A DNA stretch of 50,324 bases, from NCBI GenBank assembly GCA_947377425.1, contig CANCFZ010000001.1, positions 1-50,324 of the forward strand, in the 5' to 3' direction. Source of the stretch: Flavobacteriaceae bacterium. GTDB lineage: Bacteria > Bacteroidota > Bacteroidia > Flavobacteriales > Flavobacteriaceae. Of this stretch, positions 19,963 to 31,100 are shown in pieces. Position 1 is the stretch's first letter. The number at the start of each line of letters is the position of its first letter. The position numbers were made by a program, and so were the translations under genes. A model generated the notes under the pieces. The model was not told where the DNA came from and made no database searches. It was given only the letters and a program-made list of their open reading frames with translations.

Positions 19963-22900
19963 TTAATTTTTCAAACTTGGTAATTCGTATACTTCTGCGG
20001 GTTTATTATTGATGGTTATTAAAAGGTGTTTTTTACCTTTAACATTCAATATGTCCAAATGTCTAACTGCTTTTTGGGTCAAATCAATTCCAATTTGATT
20101 GCCTAGTAAAATGGTTTTATCGTTTTTGATTAAAGCACCCGAAAACCCATCAAATCTACTATGGTAAGGCGTAACACCAAAATAATTTCCTGCAGCAAAA
20201 ACTTCTTCTTTAGCATCGCCATCAAAATTAGATTTTACAAAACACGTAATTGGTGCCACTTGCAAAACATTTAAAAACGGTACAAAAGTAAATTTGCCAT
20301 TATTATTTTTCAAATAACCCGACTTTAGATTGTGCACTTCATACAATTTTGCTTTGTCCAACAATGCAGGGTCGAAGATTTCTTCTACGGTTTTTCCGGC
20401 AAAATCTTTATAGGCATTGAACTTCTTTTTAACCAATCCGCTAAATTGTTCTGCCAGTTCATCCAAGCCCATTGTGGTGTAATATTTTCCTTCTTTTTCA
20501 ATAGCTACGATGGTTTCAAACGATTCATTTTTGTCAAAATCATCGTAGTACATTTTCATTGGAAATTCTTGACTAGCTTTAAATTTCGAATTCAATCCCC
20601 AGTTTCCAACCAAATAATCTAAATCGCCGTCGCCATCAATATCAAAAGGTTGAATCGACTGCCACAATCCGTTGCATTTTTCAGGAAGAATCGTTTCGGT
20701 TACATTAGAAAATCTTCCGTTAGTATTGGCAAAAAAAGTAGGTTTCATCCATTCGCCAACCACAATCAAATCGGTTTTTCCATCTTTATTAAAATCAGAA
20801 AAAACAGCATCACTCACCATTCCAATTCCAGAAAATGTTTTGGTTTCTACTATAGTAAAATTACCATTATTGTTGTTCAATAAATAACAATCGGAAGTAC
20901 TTCCAAAACGATTATTCTTAGAATTATTCCCAACAAACAAGTCTACATCGCCGTCTTTATCATAATCAAAGGCTTTCACTAATGAAGCATTTTGCATTAA
21001 ACTTGGCAACGTTGTCGCTGTTAAATTTTTACCTAAATACAATCGGTCTTGCAAATCGGAAGCATTTTGACCGCCACCAGAAGCCACATATAAATCGTTA
21101 TTTTTATCATTGTTAAAATCGGCAATTACCGCAGAGGCATCTTCATAAACCGCATCTTTTTCGATACTTGGATATGCTTTTTTAGAAAATCCGTTGCCAT
21201 TTTGAAGAAAAATTTGAGCCGGAATATCTTTCGCACCGCCAAAGAAAATATCGCCTTTTCCATCGCCATTCAAATCGCCAATAGCTGTTGCCGGGCCTCT
21301 ATCAGAACGTTGGTACGGAATTAATTTTTGATAGACAAAATCAACAAAATCATTTTCTTGATGTGTGAAATTGATGCCTAGATTGGAATCCGTTTTTTTG
21401 AAAATTGGTAAAACCGCAGGATGCAATCTACTGTAATCAAAAGGTTTTCTGGTAGTATTCGCTTTAATTGTCAAGGTTTGATTGGTTTTTACACCTTTCA
21501 ATGTTTGATACGTTTTGTCAGGCCAAATAACCACAATCGAATCTACTTTGGCTTCTTTTTTATATCCGAAATGAATCATTGGTTCAGAAGATGATTGAAA
21601 TCCTCTAGTCGTTTGCAGTTCTTTGTATTGTTTTTTCCCTTTAGAATACGAAATCACTTTGGTTCCAATTGCGAAAGTATTTTTACCTTGAAATTGCAAT
21701 TTGATTTTTAGATAATTCGATTGCGAATTCGTTTGATTGATATAAATTGATGCTTCACTGTTCAAGTTATTGGTTACTACATCCAAATCGCCGTCATTAT
21801 CTAAGTCTGCATAACCACTTCCATTGGAAATTATAGAATCGTTTTCAATCCAATCGGCCGATTTATTTTTAAAGTTCAAATCAGCTCCGCCTTGAAAAAT
21901 ATAATTGGTTACTTTGCCGCTTGGCATACGTTTTAAGGCTTCTTTATCTAATAATTTCGTAGAACTGATTTTGGTTTTTACTCTATCATTCGAATAATAT
22001 TTGATGTAATCTAAATCGTTTGGTCGCTTCGGAATTCCGTTGCACACAAAAATATCTTGTTCTCCATCTTGATCGTAATCGGCAAAAAGAGAACTCCAAC
22101 TCCAATCGGAAGCTGCCACACCACTCATCAAAGCCGTTTCGGTAAAATTAGTGCCGCCTTGATTGATTTGCAACATATTGCGCGTGTACTGGCAATGATA
22201 GCCTAACTTTTCGGTGCGCACTTTAAACATTTGAGGATTATCATCTCCGGCCGACGATTTTAGCACTTTTTCATTCTCAGGAAGCATGTCAAGTGTCATG
22301 ATATCTGGGAAAGCGTCGTGGTTGATATCGGCCACATCTATACCCATCGAGAAACGGCTGGTATGCCCAAAGTGCTGTTTCAAACTTTCTGTAAAAGTAC
22401 CGTCGCCGTTGTTTAGATAGTAATAATCGTCTTCGTGAAAATCGTTACAAACGTAAATATCGGGATATCCATCTTGATTAAAATCGGACACTGCCAATCC
22501 TAAACCGTACCCATTAGCACCACCAAAAATTCCGGCTTGTTCGCTGATATCTACAAATTTTCCATTCTCATTTCTGAATAATTTATCGCCACATTCGTAA
22601 CTTCTTTTCTTACGAATGTCGGCATTTCCATACGACAATTCCGAGTGCACAGCATGATTAAGCAAATACATATCCAAATCGCCGTCTAAATCGAAATCGA
22701 AGAAAGCTGCTGAGGAACTGTAATTGTCTAAATCCAATCCATATTCGGCTGCACTTTCAGTAAACGTGTTGTTTTTGTTGTTGATGAACAATTCATTGTG
22801 TCCTTCAAATCCGTTAATCCCCACAACAGCACACACATAAATATCCAAATAACCATCGCCATTTACATCAGCCATAATGGTTCCCGATTCCCAATCGCTA

Positions 22901-23220
22901 GAGCCTTCTACTCCTGCTTTGGCAGAAATATCTTCGTATTTATTGTTGCCTTTGTTTAGGTATAATTTGTTTTTTCCTTGATTGGAACTGAAATAAATAT
23001 CAACCAAACCGTCGTTATTGATATCACCCAAAGCCACACCACCACCATTGTAATAATAGAGGTAATCAAGTATGGAAATATTTTTCTTTGAATCGAGTTC
23101 GTTCACAAAAGTGATATTACTTTCGCTTGAAGGCAATTTCTTAAACAACAAATTTTCTTGTCTTTTTGAACAGCCAACCAGAAGAATAGAAACGAAAAGA
23201 AGTTTATAAAAATTAGTCAT
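19963..23220 (-). CDS. VCBS/FG-GAP repeat lipoprotein with ASPIC/UnbV domain (CRTAC1-like)
   Basis: Start reassigned to ATG 23220 (MTNFYK...LVGC lipobox); many DxDxDGxxD repeats; NGGGVALGDINNDG, WSWS, TRGFQSS. Confidence 0.85.
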   Translation of the reverse strand: MTNFYKLLFVSILLVGCSKRQENLLFKKLPSSESNITFVNELDSKKNISILDYLYYYNGGGVALGDINNDGLVDIYFSSNQGKNKLYLNKGNNKYEDISAKAGVEGSSDWESGTIMADVNGDGYLDIYVCAVVGINGFEGHNELFINNKNNTFTESAAEYGLDLDNYSSSAAFFDFDLDGDLDMYLLNHAVHSELSYGNADIRKKRSYECGDKLFRNENGKFVDISEQAGIFGGANGYGLGLAVSDFNQDGYPDIYVCNDFHEDDYYYLNNGDGTFTESLKQHFGHTSRFSMGIDVADINHDAFPDIMTLDMLPENEKVLKSSAGDDNPQMFKVRTEKLGYHCQYTRNMLQINQGGTNFTETALMSGVAASDWSWSSLFADYDQDGEQDIFVCNGIPKRPNDLDYIKYYSNDRVKTKISSTKLLDKEALKRMPSGKVTNYIFQGGADLNFKNKSADWIENDSIISNGSGYADLDNDGDLDVVTNNLNSEASIYINQTNSQSNYLKIKLQFQGKNTFAIGTKVISYSKGKKQYKELQTTRGFQSSSEPMIHFGYKKEAKVDSIVVIWPDKTYQTLKGVKTNQTLTIKANTTRKPFDYSRLHPAVLPIFKKTDSNLGINFTHQENDFVDFVYQKLIPYQRSDRGPATAIGDLNGDGKGDIFFGGAKDIPAQIFLQNGNGFSKKAYPSIEKDAVYEDASAVIADFNNDKNNDLYVASGGGQNASDLQDRLYLGKNLTATTLPSLMQNASLVKAFDYDKDGDVDLFVGNNSKNNRFGSTSDCYLLNNNNGNFTIVETKTFSGIGMVSDAVFSDFNKDGKTDLIVVGEWMKPTFFANTNGRFSNVTETILPEKCNGLWQSIQPFDIDGDGDLDYLVGNWGLNSKFKASQEFPMKMYYDDFDKNESFETIVAIEKEGKYYTTMGLDELAEQFSGLVKKKFNAYKDFAGKTVEEIFDPALLDKAKLYEVHNLKSGYLKNNNGKFTFVPFLNVLQVAPITCFVKSNFDGDAKEEVFAAGNYFGVTPYHSRFDGFSGALIKNDKTILLGNQIGIDLTQKAVRHLDILNVKGKKHLLITINNKPAEVYELPSLKN

Positions 23221-26200
23221 TACGCTTGAATATTTTCGGCTTGTTATCATTTACTACTGCAATTATCGTTGCCGAATTGTTTTTTGTTTTAATTATTTTA
23301 ATGTTTTTAACTTCGCCTTTAATGAAAATACCCGATTTTTCATTCGGAACCCAAGTAAACGTTCCGTTTTTAGTTCCTAACAATACACTGCTGTAATTGG
23401 CATCCAATCGAGCATATTGTGGTTTGAATTCGTATTGATTTCCACCCAGAATTAAATCTAAAATTCCATCTTTATTGACGTCCATAGTGCAAATGGCATT
23501 CACACTAGAAAACTGTACTTCTTTAGGCAATGCTTTCATTTCAAACTGTCCGTTACCTTTGTTAATGGCAACAGAACTTTGTTGAACATAAGCTGTTTTT
23601 ATTATCGAATTGGAAACTACTTCGGGTGTAAAGATTTCTTGAACTGATTTTTTAGCGTATTCTTCATAGCTCAAATTCTTCTTTTTGATGGATGGAATTT
23701 GTTTGGCTAATTCGCCTTTCATGTGAATAGGCATATCTTTTCCGTCGATGGTTCGTGATGAAATTTGTTCGATAGTTCCGTTGTTATCAAAATCGTTGAC
23801 AAACATTTTCATCGGACTTTCCTTAGTACATTTATAGGAAGTATTGGTTCCTTTATTACCAAAAATTAAATCTTTTTTGCCGTCGTTATTCAAATCGACA
23901 CAAGAAACGGTGTTCCAAAATCCTTTTTCGTTGGTCAAATTATTTTTAAATTCTGCCAAACGTCTACCCGTATTTTTGAAAATAACTGGCGCCATCCAAT
24001 CGCCCACAATAATCAAATCTTTTTTATTGTCGTTGTCAATATCTTCCCAAATTGCATCGGTAATCATTCCAACTTCATTCATTTTGAAGGCTTTTTTATC
24101 GGTGACATTAGTGAAATTTCCTTTGCCGTCATTTTCCAATAATAAGTGTTTTGGGTCAATTCCGTATACGCCTGGTACACTTCTGCTTCCTATAAAAACA
24201 TCGGTATCACCATCATTATCAAAATCATACGGCGCAATAACAGCTACATTGGCATTTGTAGTTGGCAATGCCGAAGTGCTTTTTGTAAACAGCCCTTTTC
24301 CATTATTTAGATACAAACGGTTTTTGTAATTGGCTTGATCGGCTTTTTCATTTCCTCCGGAACCCACAAGTAAATCAATATCTCCGTCATTATCAGCATC
24401 AAAGAAACTTGCAGCCGTATATTCAAACATGGCGTCGCTATTTAATGCTGGTTGGTTAGTTGGTGTGAAATTAGAATTGCCATTATTGAGGTAAATTTTG
24501 CCAGGAGTTCCTTTAGCACCGCCAATAAACAAATCGTCATTTCCGTCATTATTGATATCTGCAACAGCTAATGATGGTCCTTCCTGCGATAACATTTTAG
24601 AAATTAATCCTTCATAATCAAAGTCGATGTAATCGTTTTCTTTGTGAGGAATTAAAGTATTCGCTTGTTCCTTAAATAACGGTTTAAACATTTCTTTTTT
24701 AGGAACAAAAGTATTTTTAGCATCGGCAATATTCAAGGTAATAGTTGAATTAGCGGCTACTTTTTTTATTGTTTGAAATTTATCATTTGGCCAAATAACT
24801 TTTAAAGAATCTATTTTTTTGGTTCCAATTCCGAAGGTCATCACATAATCAATAGACGATTGGAATCCGCGAGACGGAATCAATTCTTGACGAATAATTT
24901 CTTTTTTAGAATACAATTCGACTACGCTTCCGATGGCAAATTTGTTTTGTTTATCGCCTTTAAGCTTGACTTTTATGAAGTGATTGTCTTTGTTTTTTTG
25001 CGAATTATTTTGATAGACAAAAGCAGGCATGTTTACATTATTAACAATCAAATCTAAATCGCCGTCATTATCTAAATCACCATAAGCCGCTCCATTAGAG
25101 AAACTTGGCGTTCCCAATCCCCAATTTTGAGCTTCGTTGGTGAACGTTAAATTTTTATTATTTCTGTAAGCATAATTTGGAATTGGCGTGCTTGGCATTT
25201 TATTAATGATGTTTTCCATATCATCTTTTTTACCTGTAATCGCCATTTTTTGCATCACATCATTGGCGAAAAAGTCCACAAAATCTTGATTGGTTAAGTC
25301 GTGGTAAATTCCGTTACAAACATAAATATCTTTGTAACCATCGTTGTCCATATCGAAAAGTAAAGCTCCCCAACTCCAATCTGTTTTGGCTACTCCAGCA
25401 AAACTCGCTATTTCATTAAATTGCCCATTTTTGGAATTTAATTGCAAGGTGTTTTGCATGTATTGATTAAAGAAATCGAGGTTTAACTTTCTTGTAAATA
25501 AGTCGTAATTATCAAAAGTTGTAGTAGTTTTAGTTCTTTGATCGCCTTCGGGCAACATATCAGTAGTGAAAATATCGGCTAAACCGTCGTTGTTGATATC
25601 AGCCATATCGGCACCCATAGAAGATTGACTAATGTGTGTTGCCCAATTCTGAATTTGCTCCGAAAAAGTGCCATTTTTGTTATTAATATAAAGGTAATCT
25701 CTTTCGTAAAAATCGTTAGAAATATAAATATCCGGATACAAATCACCGTTTACATCACCAACAGTGACTCCTAATCCGAACCCAATAAGACTTCCATAAA
25801 TTCCGGCTTCTTCACTTACATCTTTAAATTTTCCGTCGTCATTTCGCAACAATCGGTCGCCACCACCTTTAAGAATTGGATTAACATCCCAATCTTTATC
25901 GCGAAGTTCACGCTTGTTGGAATAATTCAAACTACTCACTGGTATAAAACTGTTGTTCAGTATATAGCAATCTAAATCGCCATCTTTGTCATAGTCAAAA
26001 AAGGCAGCATGAGTTGTAATTCCAGTATCGGCAAGATTGTATTCTTTGGCTTTTTCGGTAAAGGTTAAATTTCCATTATTGATGAAAAGTTCGTTATCTT
26101 GTTGTGCTCCTTTGTTGCTTCCGGCATTGCAAACATAAATATCTAATAAACCATCTCCATTAATATCAACCATAACAACTCCTGTTGACCACGATTTGGT

Positions 26201-26518
26201 TCCTTGAATTCCGGCTTTTTTGGAAATGTCTTCAAATTTAAAATTTCCTTTATTGAGATATAAGGTATTGGTTCCTTGATTGGAAGTGAAATATATATCT
26301 GACAGTCCATCGTTATTTATATCCCCAATAGCGACGCCGCCACCATTATAGAAATTACGGTATTTAAAAATATTCATTTCTTCTCCGTTTTTAACTTCAT
26401 TTACAAAGTTAATGCCTGTTTGAGACGGAGTTAATTCGGTAAACAATGTGTCTTCATTTTTGGAACATCCAATAAAAACAAAGGTTAGAAGCGAAACTAA
26501 TGCTAATTTTTTGTGCAT
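23213..26518 (-). CDS. VCBS/FG-GAP repeat lipoprotein with ASPIC/UnbV domain (paralog)
   Basis: Start reassigned to ATG 26518 (MHKKLAL...FIGC lipobox); NGGGVAIGDINNDG, DWSWG, SNGAAYGDLDNDGDLDL, SRGFQSS; stop overlaps the next gene start by 8 bp. Confidence 0.85.
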   Translation of the reverse strand: MHKKLALVSLLTFVFIGCSKNEDTLFTELTPSQTGINFVNEVKNGEEMNIFKYRNFYNGGGVAIGDINNDGLSDIYFTSNQGTNTLYLNKGNFKFEDISKKAGIQGTKSWSTGVVMVDINGDGLLDIYVCNAGSNKGAQQDNELFINNGNLTFTEKAKEYNLADTGITTHAAFFDYDKDGDLDCYILNNSFIPVSSLNYSNKRELRDKDWDVNPILKGGGDRLLRNDDGKFKDVSEEAGIYGSLIGFGLGVTVGDVNGDLYPDIYISNDFYERDYLYINNKNGTFSEQIQNWATHISQSSMGADMADINNDGLADIFTTDMLPEGDQRTKTTTTFDNYDLFTRKLNLDFFNQYMQNTLQLNSKNGQFNEIASFAGVAKTDWSWGALLFDMDNDGYKDIYVCNGIYHDLTNQDFVDFFANDVMQKMAITGKKDDMENIINKMPSTPIPNYAYRNNKNLTFTNEAQNWGLGTPSFSNGAAYGDLDNDGDLDLIVNNVNMPAFVYQNNSQKNKDNHFIKVKLKGDKQNKFAIGSVVELYSKKEIIRQELIPSRGFQSSIDYVMTFGIGTKKIDSLKVIWPNDKFQTIKKVAANSTITLNIADAKNTFVPKKEMFKPLFKEQANTLIPHKENDYIDFDYEGLISKMLSQEGPSLAVADINNDGNDDLFIGGAKGTPGKIYLNNGNSNFTPTNQPALNSDAMFEYTAASFFDADNDGDIDLLVGSGGNEKADQANYKNRLYLNNGKGLFTKSTSALPTTNANVAVIAPYDFDNDGDTDVFIGSRSVPGVYGIDPKHLLLENDGKGNFTNVTDKKAFKMNEVGMITDAIWEDIDNDNKKDLIIVGDWMAPVIFKNTGRRLAEFKNNLTNEKGFWNTVSCVDLNNDGKKDLIFGNKGTNTSYKCTKESPMKMFVNDFDNNGTIEQISSRTIDGKDMPIHMKGELAKQIPSIKKKNLSYEEYAKKSVQEIFTPEVVSNSIIKTAYVQQSSVAINKGNGQFEMKALPKEVQFSSVNAICTMDVNKDGILDLILGGNQYEFKPQYARLDANYSSVLLGTKNGTFTWVPNEKSGIFIKGEVKNIKIIKTKNNSATIIAVVNDNKPKIFKRND

Positions 26519-26605
26519 TTTAATAGTAAAATATTTAATTTTTGTGAAGTTGAAATTCAAGCACAATTTATGCTTTTTTTTTGGAAATTACAGCAAATAA
26601 ACAAT

Positions 26606-26633
26606 AAAAAAGAGGGCAATAAATGCCCTCTTT
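26606..26633 (-). terminator. Intrinsic terminator-like hairpin after susD
   Basis: Perfect 10-bp stem AAAGAGGGCA / TGCCCTCTTT with 5-nt loop; T-run on the minus strand. Confidence 0.75.
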
Positions 26634-26669
26634 AGAAATATAACTCAAACAAAACTAACAAACATTTTA

Positions 26670-28172
26670 TTAGTATCCAGCATTTTGTTTCAAATTAGCA
26701 TTGAACAAAGCGTCTGCTGGAATTGGGAATAAAAGATATTTCGGATCTGAGTTGTAAGGCTTTAATTCTCTAGCATCTAGGAATTTACCAAAACGAATCA
26801 TGTCATTTCTTCTCCATCCTTCCCACCATAATTCTCTACCTCTTTCAGCATATACTCCGTCAAGAGTATTTGCAGCAGCAGCAACACCAGCTCTTGTAGC
26901 AATATCAGACAATATTGAACCAGCACTACCTGTTCCTCCTCTTAAGATAGCTTCAACTTTCATTAATAATGCATCTGAATAACGCATTAAAACTAAGTCA
27001 TTATCTGGCGATCCTAAATTAGAGTTATCCGGAATATATTTCATACCACGAATACCCGCAGTTTCTAATGTTGCACCACTTGTAATTAAAGTAATAGCTG
27101 ATGTAAACACTAAAGGATGACTATTTCTATCTTGCAAAGCTACTACTCCACCTGGAGCATATTGTTGCCCAATATTAAATCCAACAGGATTTCCTAAATC
27201 AGCAATAATAGTTGGTGTTGAATATTTAGCTCTTGCGTCAGTTGACCCAAAACGGTTGTAATACTCTGACAATGTTGCGAAACCATTCCATCCAGAAGGA
27301 GTTTGGTTGTAGTGTGTACACATTCTCCATTTAGATTGCATATTTCCACCTGCTCCACCTTGAATATTTTTAGATGAAAAAATAACCTCATCAGAATTAT
27401 TATTGTTTGGAGCAAAGTTATCCCAATAATTAGGTGCTAATGTACTTGTAATTGCATCAACATGTTGCACCACTTTAGTCATATCAGCAGCAGCGAAAGA
27501 ACCAGAACCATCAAAAACTGATTTGTTAAGGTATAATTTAGCCAATAAAAAATGAGCTGCATCTTTGTTAACGATACTTGCATCACCAGAAACTCTTGCT
27601 GGTAAACTTCCAACAATAGCTTCCAATTCTGAAATCACAAAAGCAGTAGCTTCAGAACGAGACCATACTTTTGGGTCGTCTAATAAACTTGAACCAACTG
27701 GTCTGTATGGCGCTTGTCCGAATAAATCTACTACATTATAGTAATAAAACGCACGCAAGAAACGGGCTTGTAAAACTTCCGAAGCAGTTCCTCCATTTTC
27801 AATAACTAAATTACAATTGTAAACATTTGATAATAATGAATTCCATGCACCTTTAACTTCACCATGATCTGGTGCCCAAGTTTGCGTATGAATTTGTCTC
27901 CAAACTCCATTATCATCCCAGTCACCACCACGAGTTGGCCCAACCATTGCATCGGTTGACATTTCATCAAGCGCATACATCATACCTTGACCATTAAAAT
28001 CTCTTAATCCATTGTATGCAGCAACTAATGTTGCAGATGTATTTATTGAACCTCCAGCAGATGAATTATTAGGAACTCCATCCAAAATCTCTTCATCTAA
28101 ATTAGTACAACTTACAGTTAAAGCAAGTGCACTTAGGCATAAAAATCCTTTTATTAAATTATTTTTTTTCAT
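26670..28172 (-). CDS. SusD/RagB family lipoprotein
   Basis: Lipobox TVSC; ARFLRAFYY, AHFLLAKLYLN, RYSDALLMKVEA, ERGRELWWEGWRRNDMIRFG, C-terminal QNAGY. Confidence 0.93.
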   Translation of the reverse strand: MKKNNLIKGFLCLSALALTVSCTNLDEEILDGVPNNSSAGGSINTSATLVAAYNGLRDFNGQGMMYALDEMSTDAMVGPTRGGDWDDNGVWRQIHTQTWAPDHGEVKGAWNSLLSNVYNCNLVIENGGTASEVLQARFLRAFYYYNVVDLFGQAPYRPVGSSLLDDPKVWSRSEATAFVISELEAIVGSLPARVSGDASIVNKDAAHFLLAKLYLNKSVFDGSGSFAAADMTKVVQHVDAITSTLAPNYWDNFAPNNNNSDEVIFSSKNIQGGAGGNMQSKWRMCTHYNQTPSGWNGFATLSEYYNRFGSTDARAKYSTPTIIADLGNPVGFNIGQQYAPGGVVALQDRNSHPLVFTSAITLITSGATLETAGIRGMKYIPDNSNLGSPDNDLVLMRYSDALLMKVEAILRGGTGSAGSILSDIATRAGVAAAANTLDGVYAERGRELWWEGWRRNDMIRFGKFLDARELKPYNSDPKYLLFPIPADALFNANLKQNAGY

Positions 28173-28182
28173 AGTTTTTTAA

Positions 28183-31100
28183 TTAAAATGTTACATTAAG
28201 TCCTACAGCAAATGCTTTTGAACGCGGATATGACAAGTAATCAATTCCAGCAGATGGAACTCCGTTTAATGATTTATCAGTATTTACCTCTGGGTCGAAT
28301 CCAGAATATTTAGTGAATAATAATAAATTTTGACCATTTACATAAAAACGAGCTGATTTGATTTTTAATTTATCTAAAGTCGCTCCACTAAAAGTATAAC
28401 CAAATGTTAAGTTACCCATTCTTAAGAAATCTCCTTTTTCTAAATATTTAGTAGATGGAGAGTTTGGATCTCCTTGAGCTTGTGCAGATGTTGCAACTTC
28501 TTCAGGAACGTTTCTTCCTCCTTGGAAAGCACCTTTAAAGAAATAAGCATTAGCTGTATTATTATATAAATAATGACCAAATGCACCGTAGAAAGAAGCA
28601 GACATATCAAAGTTTTTGTATGCCATATTTGTTGTAAAACCTATATTCATTTTTGGCAAACCTTGTTTTCCAACTAATTTTTTAGCTGCCAAACCTAATC
28701 CTGCATTGTTTCCAGCAGCATCAGCATAGATAGAAGTACCATCAGCAGCATAACCTCTCCACTCATACATGTAGTAGCTATATATCGGTTCGTTGTTAGT
28801 AACAACTTGAGCATAAGCATTTGATAATCCTTGACCATTTAAGGCTCCTGCTTGAATAAATCCAGCAAAGTTTTTCATAGTGTTTTTGATGAACGATGCG
28901 TTTGCAGAAACATCCCAAGTAAAATCACCTTTATTGATAACTTTATAGTTTAATCCAATTTCATAACCTTTATTGATAAGGTTACCGTCAAGATTCACAT
29001 ATCTTGGTGATGGTGGACCTGGTTGAGTTGAAGCAGCAGGAACTGGGAAAATCAAATTTTTAGTATCTCTGTTGAAATAATCAACATTACCTGACAATCT
29101 GTTTTTTATTAATGTAAAGTCAGCACCAAAACCATACGATTTAGTAGTTTCCCATTTCAAAATTGTATTCGCGTTTGAATCAACATTCAATGATCCATTT
29201 AAACCATAAGATGAACGTGCTATAGCTGAATTTGGCGCAAATTCCTGATTACCAGTAGTACCAAAGTTAGCTCTTAATTTCAAAGAATTTGCTAAACCTT
29301 CTTTACCTTCAAAAACTTTATAACCTAATCCTACAGACGGAAATGAACCATATTTATTGTTAACACCTAATTTGGTAGAACCATCTTCACGAATAGTAGC
29401 CGTTACTAAGAATTTTTTGTATAAAGTAGCATTAAGTCTTGTATAATAAGATTGCAATTGAACTCTACTTCTGTATGAAGAAACTCTAAATTCATTTTGT
29501 AACCCTCCTTCGATATTATCAATAAGATTAACTTGAGCATCATCATATCCTTTACCAGAAGAAAAACTTCCATCAGCATTATAATCGTAGTAAGAATACC
29601 CAACTAAAGCATCAAAAATAAAGTTATCATTAAATGTTTTATTATAATTTAATGTATGCTCAAATGTTTTATTAAACTTATTGTTGTTCATTAATGCAGC
29701 TTGACCATATTTAACTGTAGTACTTCCAGGAGCGGTTGCTTGAGCTACGTTTTGAATATGTATAGATGGCAATAATTGTGATTTTCTAACTGAGTTTGAA
29801 CCTTCAACACCAAATAAGAATTGGTAGTTTAAGTTTTTAGATAATTTTAAAGTAGATTTAATACTAGCTAAAATTTTATTAGTGTTAGTATAATCTTTAT
29901 ACGAATCTAATAACTGAACTGGATTCAAATAAGTATCACTTCCGTAAGAAGTACTTGAATAACCAGGATTATAATAACCATCAGGTGAATTATCATAAAT
30001 TGGGTTAGTTGGATTCCAGTATAAAGCAGACCCAATTAAGTTACCTATAAAACCAGCATTATTAGAAATTAACGTAGCTTTATCTTTAATTCCAGCATAG
30101 TTAATTTTTGATTCAATTTTTAAATTTCCACCAAAATAATCATTTGAATTATTTAATGAGAATGTATATTTATCAATACCTGTGTTTTTAACAATTCCTT
30201 CTGTGTTAGAAGCACCAAAAGACAAACGAGTACTTGAGTTATCAGTAGATTTTGAAAATGATACATCATTGTTAACTGTTAATCCTCCACGTAATACAGC
30301 GTCTTTCCAATTGTAGACTCTTGAACCTGTATCTGCACCACCATTTCTTACAAATGTGTTGCTATCCATAACATTCAATTTACTTGAAAATTTACTGAAA
30401 GTAACGTTTGTACTAAAATTTAATTGTGGTTCTTTTGATTTTGATTTTTTAGTTGTAATAACAATAACACCATTAGCTCCACGAGAACCATAAATAGCAG
30501 TTGAAGACGCATCTTTTAAGATAGTCATGCTTTCAATATCATTTTGATTCACGAAGTTCAATGGGTTTCTTGCTGATGAAGTTCCTAATAAGTCATCTCC
30601 ACCTGCTGAAATATCACCACCATCTAATGGCACACCATCAATAACGATAAGTGGACCATTTCCTGAACGGATTGAAGAGTTACCACGAATTCTGATTGAA
30701 GACGCAGCTCCTGGCTCACCACTTGAAGAAGTAACTTGTACACCTGATACTTTACCTCTTAATAAATCTGCTGGTGATGTTGCAGATATGTTGTCAAAAT
30801 TTTTAGAGTTTAATTGATCTACAGCTCCTGTTGCATCTTTCTTTTTAACAGAACCGTAACCAATAACTACTACTTCTTTTAACTCTTGTAGATCGTCAGC
30901 CATCGTAACGTTAAGTGAAGTTTTACCTGCCACTTTAACTTCTTGTGTCTTAAGACCTATGTAACTGAATACAAGAACTGCATCTGAAGCTACATTTTTA
31001 ATTGTAAAATTTCCATCTAAATCTGTTTGTTGGCTGTTAGAGGTTCCTTTTACTGTGACAGAAACACCGGGTAATGACCCTCCTTTACTGTCGGATACTT

